The notes: generated from the sequence alone by a model not told the origin. Counted from the whole stretch's first letter, positions 26,357 to 40,029 are shown. The stretch is DNA of 63,960 nt, filler included, from Octopus bimaculoides (GCF_001194135.2; 5 parts of 4 records of this genome joined end to end with filler, not necessarily neighbours in it); one strand, 5' to 3'. Numbers and translations: made by a program.

Positions 26357-26575
26357 AAGGCGGCAAGATGGCAGAAACGTTAGCACGCCGGGCGAAATGC
26401 TTAGCGGTATTTCGTCTTTTATATTCTGAGTTCAAATTCCGCCGGGGTCCACTTTGCCTGTCATCCTTTCGGGATCGTTAAATTAAGTACCAGTTGCATA
26501 CTGGGCTCGATCTAATCGACTTTCCCCCTCCCCACAAATTTCAGGCCTTGTGCCTATATTAGAAAGGATTTATTT
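26357..26575 (+). mobile_element. SINE family A
   Basis: Full-length match to other family A copies. Confidence 0.9.
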
Positions 26576-27093
26576 ATCAAGACATTGGATACGTACGGCT
26601 ACTGATACTATCATTATGCAGATATTCCATACTTTCTGGATTTCAATCTCTGTATATCTGTATATTTGATCGATTCTCTATAATTTATAGAAAGTGCTAT
26701 TATCAACTAGACATACAATATCGTTCAGAGTACTAATATATGTATATATTTTTTAATGCGTTTCATCATGTTCTTTATTTTTATCACACTCAGAGAACTA
26801 ATTATTATCGATACCGTATCTATTCTCGTTTCCCATATCTCGCTTATAATCTTTTTGAAGTACTTCTCGACTTTGCTTCCGTGCGTTTAGTTGGAAGGGA
26901 GATTTAGATAATCAGTCAGAATACGGTACATAGGTTAAGTTTGCATTCTTGTCTCAGCTGATAATATCAACGAATTGTCATTAATCTACTTATTAGTCAG
27001 AACAGGCATGTCTCTGGGTATGTCAGTAGATCGTACCCACTTTGGTACGTGCTCATACAGTTATTATCAGTTTTGATGTAAACGTGCCTGCAG

Positions 27094-27533
27094 GAGCTGG
27101 CAGAATCGTTAGCGCGCTGGACGAAATGTTTAGCGGTATTTCGCCCGTTTGTACGTTCTGAGTTCAAATTCCACCGAGGTCGACTTTGCCTTTCACCCGT
27201 TCGGGGTCGATAAATTAAGTACCACTTGCGTACTGAGGTCGATCTAATCGACTGGCCACCTCCCTAAAAATTTCGGGCCTTGTGCCTAGAGTAGAAAAGA
27301 ATTACTGTAACTACATATTTAAGGTGGCGAGCCGGCAGAATCGTTAGCGCGCTGGACGAAATGCTTAGCGGTATTTCGCCTGATGGTACGCTCTGAGTTC
27401 AAATTCCACCGAGGTCGACTTTGTCTTTCATCCTTTCGGGGTCGATAAAATAAGTACCAGTTAAACACTGGGTCGATGTAATCGACTCATCCCCTCCACC
27501 ATAATTGCTGCCCTTGTGGCAAAATTTGAAACC
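27094..27533 (+). mobile_element. Two tandem SINE family A copies (27094-27304 and 27321-27533)
   Basis: Head-to-tail copies about 17 bp apart. Confidence 0.9.
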
Positions 27534-29164
27534 GCTTTTACTATAAAGAAATAAAATTGTGCTTATTATATTATATTTACGTTCCTTCGCTTTGGCTGTT
27601 TCTAACCCTGGGGTTACAATAGTAGATTCTATGCCAGGTTCATGTTTCAGCTAACTAGCATTTTGAATGAATGCCTGGCACTATAGTATATATATATATA
27701 TATATTTCTAAAATATATGCATATTTTTGCACAGCTCATTCATTGATTTTCGTATTTGTTTCTTTTCATTAGCAAAATTATACAATTTATATTTTTACGC
27801 CCGTCTTTTCCTATTTCGTCAAACGAGTTCAGCAGTCATCTTGGTTTAAGACTCCTACGAATCAATTACTCATATATTCTAGTTATATGTTTTCTTTACA
27901 ATTTCTTACTTCTGTGTTCGATTCCTCTGCACGGCACATCGAACAAATATCTTTTACACACATATCTCATACTCATAATACTCATTCCTACACGATTGAT
28001 CATATATAAAGTGTTACTCTGTCTTGTATGGAATTGCACAGCCCCTGTCTGTCTGTCTCTCTGTCTGTCTCTCTCTCTCTTACTACTGATGCACCTTTAC
28101 AATTACAACTAATAATTCTCCTCCTCTACCTTTACCACATACTATTATGATGTCCCTATCTCCAACTCCTCCTTCTCTACTGCTACCTGCTATATGGGTG
28201 ATGCTTTCGTTTAGAGGTAACACTTAAAATATCAAAAACATCATACTGGCTGGCATGTTCAACATGTTATTGTTTACGTCACAAGAAACCTTGTCTCTGC
28301 TTTATATACAAACACGATATAACACACACGCAGTGCGAGAGGTAACGATACATATAGCGACGTGTGAATTAAGATGTGAATCTTAAGACTTGTTGGCTGC
28401 GTAGCGCTAATATGGAATTCATTAATTTGCTGCACCTGTAATTAATTAATTAATTGATCGCTGAACAGTATTACTCCTTTTGATATCATATTTATCGCAA
28501 AATATTCAAATAAGAAATTTATTCCAATTTAATATTAATAAATATTTTTATTTAGAAAATTAGTGTTAATTTCATTATTTCGTGGAAATACTATAAAATT
28601 TGTACAACATATAATTATAGTTACTGTACTGACAGAATTTTGCTTTTATCATTATAGATATAATTGTATCCTCTACTATATTGAGCTTTGTTTTCATTTT
28701 TATAAATTGTATTATGTATTATTAAGTATAAAAAAGTATTCCTTCGTACAGAAACAAGCTATCTGCTGACTTTCATTTCCACTGAAAATTTTTTGCCAAG
28801 CAATATTTCATTCCTTGTATCTCTTAAAGTTTGCTTCTAATTCACTTCTTTCTTTTTATTTGTCAATTGGTTAACCGTATAACCAATCGCTCGGTCAGTC
28901 TATCAAACTACTTTCGTTGTTATTCGTGACCGCATCAATGGTATGTCCTCTCTTGCAAATCAAATACAAAAATGTTTTATTGCTTGTTTTTCAAGAAGTA
29001 AAATCTCTGATTTAATGTGAGAGGAAATTTGTTTTTTTACTTCGAGAATCTCGAAAAGAAGTTATATGTTAAAGGAATATAATTTCCCAATATTGATATC
29101 AGTAAATTTAAACTGTTTGTTTTTTTTTTTTCCAACAAACTTAATTATGTATTTTTCCTCTTAT

Positions 29165-29667
29165 TAATCTTTTACTTGGACTGCAGCCACGCTAGAATAC
29201 CTTACTGAAGGGTTTAATCAATCAAATCGATCATAGTACTTATTCTTTAAAGTCTAACTCAAATTTTATTGGTAACTTTTGCCGGATCGTTAAGTTGCAG
29301 GGACATAAATAAACGAACATTTGTTTTCAATCATCGGGGGAATCAAACAAACATACACACGCGGACGTATACACACGTCGACTTACACACTCTCTCTCTC
29401 ACACACACATACACACACAAACTTATATGTGCAACTGGCTTCTACACAGTTTCCATCTACACACATGCGGACGTACACACACACTTACACAACCTCCCCA
29501 CACACACACACACACAGACGTAAGCACAGTTTCTGCCCACCAAATTCACTCACAAGGTATTGGTTGACCCGGGACTGTAGTAAAAGATTTTTGCCTAAAG
29601 TTCTGTGCAATGCGGCTGAACTCAAAGTCACATGGATACACAATCAATTTCTTAACCACACGGACAT
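29165..29667 (-). mobile_element. Diverged SINE family B, 170 bp upstream of the prodomain exon
   Basis: Tail (gactgcagccacgctag), body and head (accttcgcc) with an internal (CA)n tract. Confidence 0.7.
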
Positions 29668-29837
29668 ACCTTCGCCTATATTTGCAATTATGTAACATTA
29701 ATTTCTAAATGCTTTGTCTTACATAATTTTCGTAGTCATATTTTTTTTTTACGTGTATTACTATATATATATAAATATATATGTATATGTTTGGACTTAA
29801 CTGATTGATAACTTTGTTGATTTTGTTATATTTTCAG

Positions 29838-30021
29838 CTGGCTTTATGAATGATATCGCTCTTACACAAACGGATGTCCGTGATCTCATGACATCTTGGC
29901 GGAACAAAGAAAGAGCGAAAAAACAAAAAAGTTTACATGAAAAACATTCAAATAGAACATCGTTAAAACACAAATTGAGAAAGAAACAAAGTCACAGAAA
30001 AAGAAAAAGGTGTCGGAAAAA
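29838..30021 (+). CDS. tld: Tolloid/BMP1-like protease, prodomain exon (first visible coding exon)
   Basis: Acceptor ttttcag|CT and donor AA|gtgagt. Reads (x)GFMNDIALTQTDVRDLMTSWRNKERAKKQKSLHEKHSNRTSLKHKLRKKQSHRKRKRCRK. GFMNDIAL matches the family prodomain motif AFLGDIAL. The phase-2 end joins the next exon in frame. Not in the ORF track. Confidence 0.85.
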
Positions 30022-30819
30022 GTGAGTATTGAAATTTTCCTCTCAGTTTTGCTCTGTAATCTGATACGATAATTTCTGTCGAGTATTTAAATCTTTGAAA
30101 GGAATTTGGTGAGTTATTAATTCTCTCTGTATCTATGGATCACGCTATTTATAGAAACTTCAACAGGTCGCTGGACCTTATGGATATAACAGTAAAATTC
30201 CACTCCAAATTGCGTACACACTACCATTTTCCATAAAAGAATCACTGGTTGACAAGGTCAGAAAAAAGAAAAACCAGAGGCTCACGGGTGGAATGTCTTT
30301 GATCATAGGTATTGTCCGTCAAAGGCTGACTGGGATTACACATTAACAACGACGTCGGAGTGCCCTCTATCGTTTTAAAAACGGAATAGAGCATTGGATA
30401 ACGTGGTTTTTGCGATACGTTAGGCTCGAAGTAAAGCGGAATGTGTAACGACTGGAACATTTTTGATCGAAGCTATATGCAGAGCTGGCACAGGGCTAAA
30501 CAACAACATATTACTATGTGCAATTAATATTTATTGGTACTGCTTCCGACCATGACGTTACATACCACGCCTACATATCGAACAGAAACGCTATTCTTCA
30601 GATTGTATAGTTTGCATGTGAAGTATTTCTAAAAGGTCTAAAAGGTATTTTGATGTTCCTATTTAACACCAGCTTAGGTCTGATTGAAAAGAATCACGAT
30701 CATAGATGATCCAACCATGACAGTCACGTTTCATTTTCTAACTTATGTAATCAGACATATTATTGAACCCACACACATGCATACATGCATACATACGCAA
30801 ACACACACACATACATACA

Positions 30820-30888
<69 letters not shown>

Positions 30889-30896
30889 TTTTTGCT

Positions 30897-31135
30897 TAAG
30901 GATAACCTAGTGGTCAGAGTATGGCACTCTCAACCGTGGTTTCGATCCCCGGACCACAAGGTGCGTTGTGTTCTTCAGCAAAACACTTCAGTCCTTCAGT
31001 TGTAAATGAATCCCAGTAATAGCTGGGGAAATTAACCTTGCGACGGACCGGTGACCCATTCTAGAGGGTGTGTTGTAATTTCACTCACTTACATTTCAAA
31101 GAAACCGTGTTAAACTCCGGTCTTATGAAACCTAG
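30897..31135 (+). mobile_element. Diverged tRNA-head CORE-like SINE
   Basis: cctagtggtcagagt A box, gtttcgatcccc B box, gttgtgttcttcagcaaaacact core; a similar relic lies at 20598-20720. Confidence 0.6.
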
Positions 31136-31335
31136 AGTTAACAATAGACCTAAGGGTGTGTTTAAGATGGTAAGGTATGATTTGAGGGAGATCTGGATGC
31201 TTTCCCGCTTTCTTGTAAAAGTTTCCTCCTTGGATAATCCATTCCAAATTCTTTTTGGATCCCATTGAGATTACAACGTCTATAATTATAGATTTTTCTC
31301 TATGAGAATTACTCCTTTGCAATATTGATATCTAG

Positions 31336-31483
31336 CTTAGCAGCATTTCGTCCGTCTTTACGTTTTGAGTTCAAATTCCGCCGAGGTTCAATTTGCCTTT
31401 CTTCCTTTCAGTTGAACACGGGGGTCGATATAATCGACTTAACTCCTCCTCGAACTTGCTGGGTTTGTGCCAAAATTTGGAAC
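31336..31483 (+). mobile_element. 5'-truncated SINE family A with 16-bp TSD (intronic)
   Basis: CAATATTGATATCTAG at 31320-31335 and 31484-31499. Confidence 0.85.
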
Positions 31484-32169
31484 CAATATTGATATCTAGG
31501 TTTTCTTTAGTATCTCTAAGATCAGTAAGAGACCAATGCCGTTTATTAGTATAATCTTGAACAGCGAAGTTGACATCTATAAGAAAAACATAGGTGATGA
31601 GAGAATTGCGGAGTGGTAACTACTCTTTGGGGAGTAAGGTTGGGAAAAGACATAAGATGGGGATCTGAAGCAGGGAGGAGAACGTAATAAAAGTGACGAG
31701 AAGATGAAATACGAATGTATGGCGGATGTGTTTAGGCGGAGGTTGTGTACAACCAGATATCTCCGAAGAGCAGACAGTGCGTGTAGTTATGTCTCATGCC
31801 CTCATGTTTCCCTGTATCATATTTCTATACTAGCTATGGCATGTGTTTATTCATGTGTTTCTATTTACGTAGCTAATATGTTTGTATTGTGTTTTTCTCG
31901 TTTGAGTAACAGAGCTAAATGGTATGAGTGAAAAACGGAAATCTGTTCTTTTTGTTATTTCATCTCCAATCAGTCACCCACACCATATTGTTGTTGTTCA
32001 AATTATTATTATTATTTTTATTATTATTATTATTGTTGTTGTTGTTATTATTATTATTATTATTATTATTGTTATTATTATTATTTTCCTTGCTATTGTT
32101 ACTGCTATTGCATTGTGTGTCTTCTCACAACATACAACTTATATTTGTTTCTTTCACCTGCCAGTGTCG

Positions 32170-32224
<55 letters not shown>

Positions 32225-33050
32225 GGAGACGGACAGAGTAAGACAGAGAAAGAAAAATTAATAGTTAGAAGGAACTGAAAAAAAAATAAACGATCAGAGT
32301 TTATAAATGAATGCATTATGTCTGTTTACCATTAGCAAATATTTTATCATTGTTTTTGGTGTTCCCTGACATAACTATTTTTAAAAGTTCTGCAGCACTT
32401 AGTTGTTTCTGTTGTTGTTATTAGAGCCCCGTGGTCAGCTCTGACTGGGCCGACCAACAAGTATGTAGGTTCCGCCGACCGGCTAGGCGCAATCTACTGA
32501 TCTGTTGTTTCAAGTTCGTCAAGCTTCTACCCAAATGAATACTCAGACACGCAGACAGGACTTCTGTGGAGCGCAGTGTGACAGTTTGGACAAGTTTTTT
32601 AACTTTCTTGTTTGTTTCGGTGTTCCTATAGATTCAGGCAAGAAAAAAAAAAAAGATTCGTCAAAGTCCACTCTCTACTTATTAGTGGTGTCCATCCCAG
32701 CACAGTGATTCGGGTTAATGAAGCTTTTGATACAACAGATGCTTCTCTGTTCGTACTTTTAATGTTTGTCTGGGTTAAGATGTTTAAGAGTGAGAGATAA
32801 GAGAAGAAATGGCTAGGTGTGTTTTAAACAGTATAAGCTAGTTACGTTCCCATTACTGCACATCTTCATCGTTATGGAGTTTTACAATAGTATCTAACAC
32901 ATGAATAATCCACAACGGTCAAACTGTGCAGGAATGGAAGTGCTATTAACGTATTATAATGTGTAATAAATACACACGCACACATATGTATGTATACATA
33001 ACTATATACATATTATTTCTTTAACTCAATGAAATGTTATTGTATTACAG

Positions 33051-33226
33051 GGATAAAAAATGTTGGGAAAGATTAAACGCACACACATTAAATAATAAAA
33101 ATATAAGTAGAAGTTCGAGTGAAACGAAGCATCGAAGTTCTCGAGTTCGTAGAGCTGCAACTGCCAGATTAGACCGTCTTTGGAGTCATGGTGTGATTCC
33201 ATACCAAATACAGTCCAATTTCAGTG
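33051..33226 (+). CDS. tld: Tolloid/BMP1-like exon: end of prodomain, furin site, start of astacin domain
   Basis: tgtattacag|G ... AGTG|gtaagt. Encodes DKKCWERLN...HRSSRVRR|AATARLDRLWSHGVIPYQIQSNFSG (cf. BMP1 RSRR|AATSRPERVWPDGVIP). Confidence 0.95.
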
Positions 33227-34323
33227 GTAAGTGTCTTCTTTATCTGCCGATCTTAAAGATAATTTTCTTCTGGATTCCCATATTTTAATGCATGATTCTT
33301 AGCAGTTCGCATTCACAAAGAAGCTCTCCGCCCGATCAGCAAAATCACCAATTCATTCCATCCTTTAGCGAACAGACATTGTTTTCCTCACACTCATTGT
33401 ACTATAATGACCTGTACTTCTCTGGTCAAGCTTATTTATATACCACTTCCATCACCCATATCAACATGTATATCTTTGCTCCTTCTTTTTAATCTTTGAG
33501 CATTACACTGTCTAGGCCCCAAGTCTCCTTTCCTGTTCCCGTGAACTCTCTGAAGTTTTCTTCTTACCCACCTTTTATCTGCAGGCACCAGTGAATATAA
33601 ACCGTATCAGTATGTGATTGAGCACATGTGGAGAACATAGTTACTTTTCTCCTTACTCCTGGTTTAACCATAAAAGCACAAGAAATAGAAAATAATTTAA
33701 TGTCTTTTAATGACATATCGTCGTTTTTCTTTTATTCAAAGTATTTATTTTCACCATTCATCAACTGCATAATTGTACCACTCAGCCTCAAATTTTCTTG
33801 ATCCCACAACTCGTACATTATACATATCAGGTTTTAGCTTCTTTGAAGGCATAAAGCTTTCAATATATAACTTTCGATTTTGTATTCCCCAAAATTTTCT
33901 TGTAGCCCATGTAAGAAATCGTTATTAGGGGGTATAACAATATAGTAATATAAATAAACAAACACTAACACTCATATTTCACAGTCTGGTGGCAAAATTT
34001 GGCCCAGGAGGGCATATTCAGCAGCTTGGAAAGAGAATCGAGCCAACAAAACAGCAAATGCTCAGGAACCGTGCATTACTCCCTCCTAAACCTTCAGTGA
34101 TAAGATTAACTATTTATTACAATATAAACAAAGCTTGCGACTAAAAAGTCCTCGTGGGCCTCATTTGAGACTGAGACTAAATACATATGGATGTAACTAC
34201 GTATATTTATTCATCACCCATTCTGTATTAGTAATCCACTAATATAAATATAAATATTCTGCAAAATATTATCTTCCCTTGAAGGAATTGCGTCTCATTT
34301 TCGTTGTTTCTTTTTTGAACAAG

Positions 34324-34444
34324 GTACACACAAGGCTCTTTTTCGACTTGCGATGCGCCATTGGGAAAATCATACTTGTATAACTTTTGTAGATCGTGAA
34401 CCTCATCACACTGATTATATTGTTTTTACAGAAAGACCATGCGG
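34324..34444 (+). CDS. tld: Tolloid/BMP1-like exon, astacin domain
   Basis: ttttttgaacaag|GT ... TGCGG|gtaagt. Encodes [40 protein letters not shown]; phases match both neighbours. Not in the ORF track. Confidence 0.95.
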
Positions 34445-34654
34445 GTAAGTGAACACCAGTTTGTCAAAATATACAAGTTAAAACACAAAACAGTATTTGG
34501 TTCTTTATTCCTTATGCTTCAAATGAATACGAAATCATGATTTCTATTAACTATAAACACATACACACACAACGAGTGCACGCACACATACACACACACA
34601 CACACTAACGTACATATACAAACATATATGCACAAATACATACACATGTATAGC

Positions 34655-34935
34655 ATGACTGTGGTTATGAAGTTCGTTGTATATAAATGTAGTTTCGGGT
34701 TCGAGATTATGTTTCATTTTACGGCATCTTGATTAAATGCCTTCTACCATAGCCCTGGGCCAGGAATATAGTGTAGTCAGAATGAATTTGGTAGACAGAA
34801 TTTGTGCAGAAGAGCCTTCTGTGTGTGTGTGTGTGTGTGTGTGTTTCGAACGCGGGTTTGAGTCTGTTTACGTCTCAGGGAAACAGCAGTTCGGCAAAAA
34901 GATAGCAACAGAATAAGTTACTGGCTTTAGATAAG
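34655..34935 (+). mobile_element. Diverged SINE family B (intronic)
   Basis: gactgtggttatgaagttcg...ccttctaccatagccctgggcc...gcagttcggcaaaaaga. Confidence 0.6.
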
Positions 34936-35312
34936 AACTGAAGTCAATTCGATGGCTCAAAGTCTTCCAGATGCTTTTCAAAACTGGCCGTAATCCAGTA
35001 AATGAAACAAAGATAAGGATAAAGCAATATCCACTAAACACGTAATATAAATGACCAGCCAAAGCAAACTGTCGGCGTTAATGAACTGCATTGTCAATAA
35101 AATATTTTAAAATATTTTGACCACAAAGCACTGTGTGTGACTGACATCTGACTTGCATTTATGCACAAGAGTAATGATATTTTAGCATTTTACTCATTGA
35201 TATATTGGCTGTATTTTATGCTGAATCATCCTAAATGTTTGTTCTTATACTCAATATAATTTTCCCTTCCGATTTTTATATTCTTTATCAATAACCATTT
35301 GGATATCTTCAG

Positions 35313-35491
35313 ATGCTGTTCATATGTTGGAAAACGCGGGAACGGAGCACAAGCCATATCAATAGGTAAAAATTGCGATAAATTTGGAATTGTAGTACAT
35401 GAATTGGGCCATGTTGTAGGCTTTTGGCATGAACATACGCGACCTGATCGAGAAGACCATGTAGAAATTATTTATAGAAATATTATGCCAG
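35313..35491 (+). CDS. tld: Tolloid/BMP1-like exon, zinc-binding active site
   Basis: atcttcag|A ... CCAG|gtacgt. Encodes [59 protein letters not shown], containing HExxHxxGxxH and the tolloid-specific CCSYVG. Confidence 0.98.
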
Positions 35492-35806
35492 GTACGTACT
35501 TAAAAGATTTTTGATGTTTACATTTTATATTTAATTTGTGCTTTTTACTCTTTCAATCTTTCTTGACAAAAACGACGTCCATACTTTATTTCATTGGAAC
35601 AAGAAAACGAATACATTATCCATAAACAGAGATACAGTAGAAATATCGATTAGACTGTCTGTTTAAGAAGTTTGTTTTCGCAATCATGTGTTTTCAAGTT
35701 CGAACAAGTTGCGTAAAAACAAAAAGCTGTGTTTCAAAATGGGGTAAAAGGAAACTGCGAGAAATCTTGTAGCCATTATACATATACATATATATAACAT
35801 GATTAA

Positions 35807-35837
<31 letters not shown>

Positions 35838-36577
35838 NNNNNNNNNNNNNNNNNNNNNNNNNNNNNNNNNNNNNNNNNNNNNNNNNNNNNNNNNNNNNNN
35901 NNNNNNNNNNNNNNNNNNNNNNNNNNNNNNNNNNNNNNNNNNNNNNNNNNNNNNNNNNNNNNNNNNNNNNNNNNNNNNNNNNNNNNNNNNNNNNNNNNNN
36001 NNNNNNNNNNNNNNNNNNNNNNNNNNNNNNNNNNNNNNNNNNNNNNNNNNNNNNNNNNNNNNNNNNNNNNNNNNNNNNNNNNNNNNNNNNNNNNNNNNNN
36101 NAAACTATCATAGGATAAACAAACAGCTGATGAAAGGTAGCACGTGTTTTGATTAATGATTGGAAACCACATAGCTTTCTATCCATGGCATACTGGAAAA
36201 CTCCGAGTAGTGTCTGAATGTTGCATGCTTATATAAATAAAATGAGAGAGAGAGAAGGGGGGGGGGGTCAAAATTCTGAAACAATGCTTGAAAGCTGTAC
36301 ACAATAGGTTTGTAACAGACACAAAAGGCTAATAATAAGTGCGGTACGGATGCATAAAGCCAAACAGATTGATGCGGATCACTTACAAGCTATAGAAACG
36401 TGGTAACAGGGCCTATGGATTTTAGAGTTCGAAAAAAATAATCGAATGTGACCTCCATTTTAAGTTGATTAAGTAACCACAGTGAGGTTTCCTCGTCAAC
36501 ACTATTGTTGTTGTTGCTGTTATACAATTGTTCTCAATGCTATTAACAAATTATTCCTTGATTGTCTCGTATTACAG

Positions 36578-36802
36578 GTCAAGAATATAATTTTAACAAA
36601 CTTACTTCCACCGATGTCAACTCCTTGGGCGAAGAATACGATTACGGAAGTATAATGCATTATGCAAGAAACACATTTGCGCGGGCGACTTTTGTGGATA
36701 CTATTTTACCAAAACATAATTATGGAAAACAGGACATTGGTCAAAGACTAAAACTGAGTCCTGGAGACATCAGACAAGCCAATAGACTATATCGTTGTCC
36801 TA
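36578..36802 (+). CDS. tld: Tolloid/BMP1-like exon, Met-turn and C-terminal astacin domain
   Basis: attacag|GT ... CCTA|gtaagt. Encodes [74 protein letters not shown]. Confidence 0.97.
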
Positions 36803-37845
36803 GTAAGTATTTCGATTCCAAATATAATCATTTGAAAACTGTTTACATATTTATATATTTAACACGTTCTTGTACATTCAGAAGCGGAAGAATTTGGCTG
36901 CGTTAACTGTTCTGGAAGAGAAATTCTTTTAGGGGGAAATGTGTATGAGAACACGAACTGGAACATGAATGACGCCAGCAAATGTTAATAATATTAGTAC
37001 ATAATTAACCTCTTTACGGAAGCTGGTATACCATATTCTATGTGAAATTCTAGAACTACAGCAACAAAATATAATTGAAGAAATATAAATAAGAGTAAAA
37101 TATTGAGTATACATCTTCCAGACTAATGATATCAGTTGCTTAAGCGTAAAATTTTGTGCCTTTTCTCCACGCGCAACCTCCATCTCCTTTATTAGAAAGC
37201 TGTATGCACAAATCTGTATGAAATTTCTCTTTACAGCGGTTAACACCCAACCAAACAAACAATTTTACATAACAGACTTAATTACATGTTTTTAGTAATG
37301 GACTTCGCAATACAGAGCGGTTACAACAATATGAAAAAAAGTGAGCTTAGTAGATAAGGAATTAAAACATTAACTATTGAATTAAACGAGTTTTTTGAAT
37401 GGAAGCCATCGTGACAGGTTACGAAACGTGTCAAACATTCCATTTCTAGATAGTACAAAATGAATGCTAACAGAAAGGTGGTATGCAAGGGGCTGTGATA
37501 GTGATTTTATGGATTTTATGGGATTTCCCCATAAAGGCTGACCATGCTATTAAAGCAAAAAAAAAAACAGATATGATTATAAAGGACAACAGATAAAAGA
37601 AAGAAGGAAAAGCAGCAAAAGGTCATTGACTTTGCAATATAATTTAATAGAGTCGATACCAAAGAAAATGAGAAAATAGAAAAATATCAGGATGAAGAGA
37701 TTATGGAAGGTGACAAATATTCCTGTGTTAATTGTTGCCTCTGGAACAACACCGAAACGACTGGTTACAGTTAATTTAATTATTGGAACCAATATAAGAT
37801 TAAACCATTATGTAACTGAAATATTAATTGTATTTTCCCTTGCAG

Positions 37846-38061
37846 CATGTGGTCGAACTCTTCAAACTGCTTCGGGTGAATTCTCACACAAGCCCAACCG
37901 TCAGTCCTCAACTGAAGAAAAATGTGAATGGCGAATATCTGCAACACATGGAGAGAAAATCGTTTTAAATATCACTTCTCTTGACATTCCGGAGACCCAT
38001 GGATGTATTTCCGATTACTTGGAAGTCCGTGATGGATACTATGAGAAATCTCCATTGTTGG
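37846..38061 (+). CDS. tld: Tolloid/BMP1-like exon, CUB1 (N-terminal two-thirds)
   Basis: ttcccttgcag|CA ... TTGG|gtaagt. Encodes CGRTLQTASGEFS...KCEWRISATHGEKIVLNITSLDIPETHGCISDYLEVRDGYYEKSPLLG. Confidence 0.96.
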
Positions 38062-38099
38062 GTAAGTCTTTTTTTGATTTTTCAATGTTATCACTTTAG

Positions 38100-38280
38100 A
38101 AGGCGGTGAGCTGGCAGAATCGTCTGTCTTTACGTTCTGAGTTCAAATTCCGCCGTGGTCGGCTTTGTTTTTCATCCTTTTAGGGTCGATAAATTAAATA
38201 CCAGCTGCGTACAGAGGTAGATCTAATCGACTGCCCCCACTCCCACCAAATTTCAGGCCTTGTGCCTATAGTAGAAAGGT
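38100..38280 (+). mobile_element. SINE family A with internal deletion, 38 bp downstream of the CUB1 exon donor
   Basis: aggcggtgagctggcagaatcg joins directly to tctgtctttacgttctgagttc. Confidence 0.85.
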
Positions 38281-38351
38281 AAAAACCATCTTTAGACCTC
38301 GTCTATATGTCGGGCTATTTGGATAATCTACCCTTTTAGAATGGCATCTTT

Positions 38352-38407
<56 letters not shown>

Positions 38408-40029
38408 CCGTGTCATCATTTCACTTTACTAGTGAATTCACTGTTATATCTCGGAGGGCGGGGGGTCATTATGCCAATAATGATATACTTTGTTATAATG
38501 TTAAATTGTTATGCTTTGTCGTTGTTTTTTGAGTCAATTCACCGTTATTCCACGTCAGATTTGATGATTAATTGTATTAGTTTCACGTAGTTGTCATAAT
38601 TGCCTAGACTAATAATTTTTTTTGGTGGGGTGCACACTTTAGTAAAGATCAGAAACTTATGGGAGCAGGCACCGACCAACGATAGAGTACGAACTGATAA
38701 TTCTTCTGTTGGAATTACGGCAAGTTCCCAATATAAGGACACCTAAGGCTCTAAACGAAATATTGTTTCCGTTCTTCATTGTTTCCTGTGTTAGTGCATC
38801 ATCCCATAGACTATCTTCTTAGCTAAACACTGTCAGGACAGTGTATGAGTGTATGAAAAAAAGAGAACGAATGAAAAGAAGGAAAAGCGAATAGGGGATG
38901 AGAAGGGATCGATTTATTAATGAGATTTGGCTAATTAAGATGTGTTTACTTTATAGTTAATATCTTCTCTTTTAATCTTCTAAATATGAAAAGGACGAAC
39001 AAAGCAAAACAAAACAACAACAAAAAGTGTAACCATATTTAAGTAGAGTGGAGCCAGCACCTGTCTGTTAAGTCTAAAAACCATGCCACTTCTTGGACAA
39101 AACAGATATGGGGCAAGTATATTGACCTACTTTCTCTTTTTATCCGCTTTCATTTAAGCCAGTTGACCTCTAGAAACCGGCAACAGATATCTTTAGATCT
39201 CACAGGATTTGTCACTTTGCCAAAGAACTTTCTGAACTTCAGAAAATAATTTCATAGTTGTAGAGTTATATTTGTTTGGCAATGTATTTGCCCTGAGATG
39301 GCGTGTTCGTGTGTTAAAACTAAAATAATTGTGACATGATAGCCATCAAAACCATTACTGTTTCGTGTCTATATCACATCTTTTCATTATTTCTCAAATC
39401 AGAGAAACAACAGAGAGAGGTAGGTTTCTTTTTTTCTTGTGAAACGACCAGAAATTCTAAAAGAATAAAAAGAGTTTAACACAATTAAAGAAACGTCGTT
39501 GACAGGAGTTGCGGCAAAAATATGACTTCTGTAGCCATTTTAAACATTCACACACATATACAATTATAGACATTTTTGCTTATTTAGTAATGGTAGTGGA
39601 AATCATTTGATACCAAATCGTTCGTTCTTTAAGAGTCAACGAGAAAGCCTCTACGTGGTCGCTTGACAAGCTAGAGATAACAGCAAAGTTTCCTTCGGAT
39701 TACAACTTACCTTCCTAAAAGAAAAGAAGAGAAAGACGTTGGATTATAAATTCAATCTGTGGCTCATTTGACGTAGTTTCGATTCTTCTTTGGAACCATT
39801 GCAATCTATTCATTAGAACACTAACGCATTTTTTTCAATTGATTAGTCACAGGAGTAAGAAAAAGCTCATGATCCATTGTAGTAAAACTTCAGAGCAAAG
39901 GCCTGGCACGAATACTTACAAGCTAGACTCCTTTAAAGGAAACTAAGTGCCCAGTGGTTATGTAAACCAAGTGATAAACTTTTCAGTTACCCCTAAATGA
40001 TGGTGACTTTCGTTCCTAATACTTATCTA

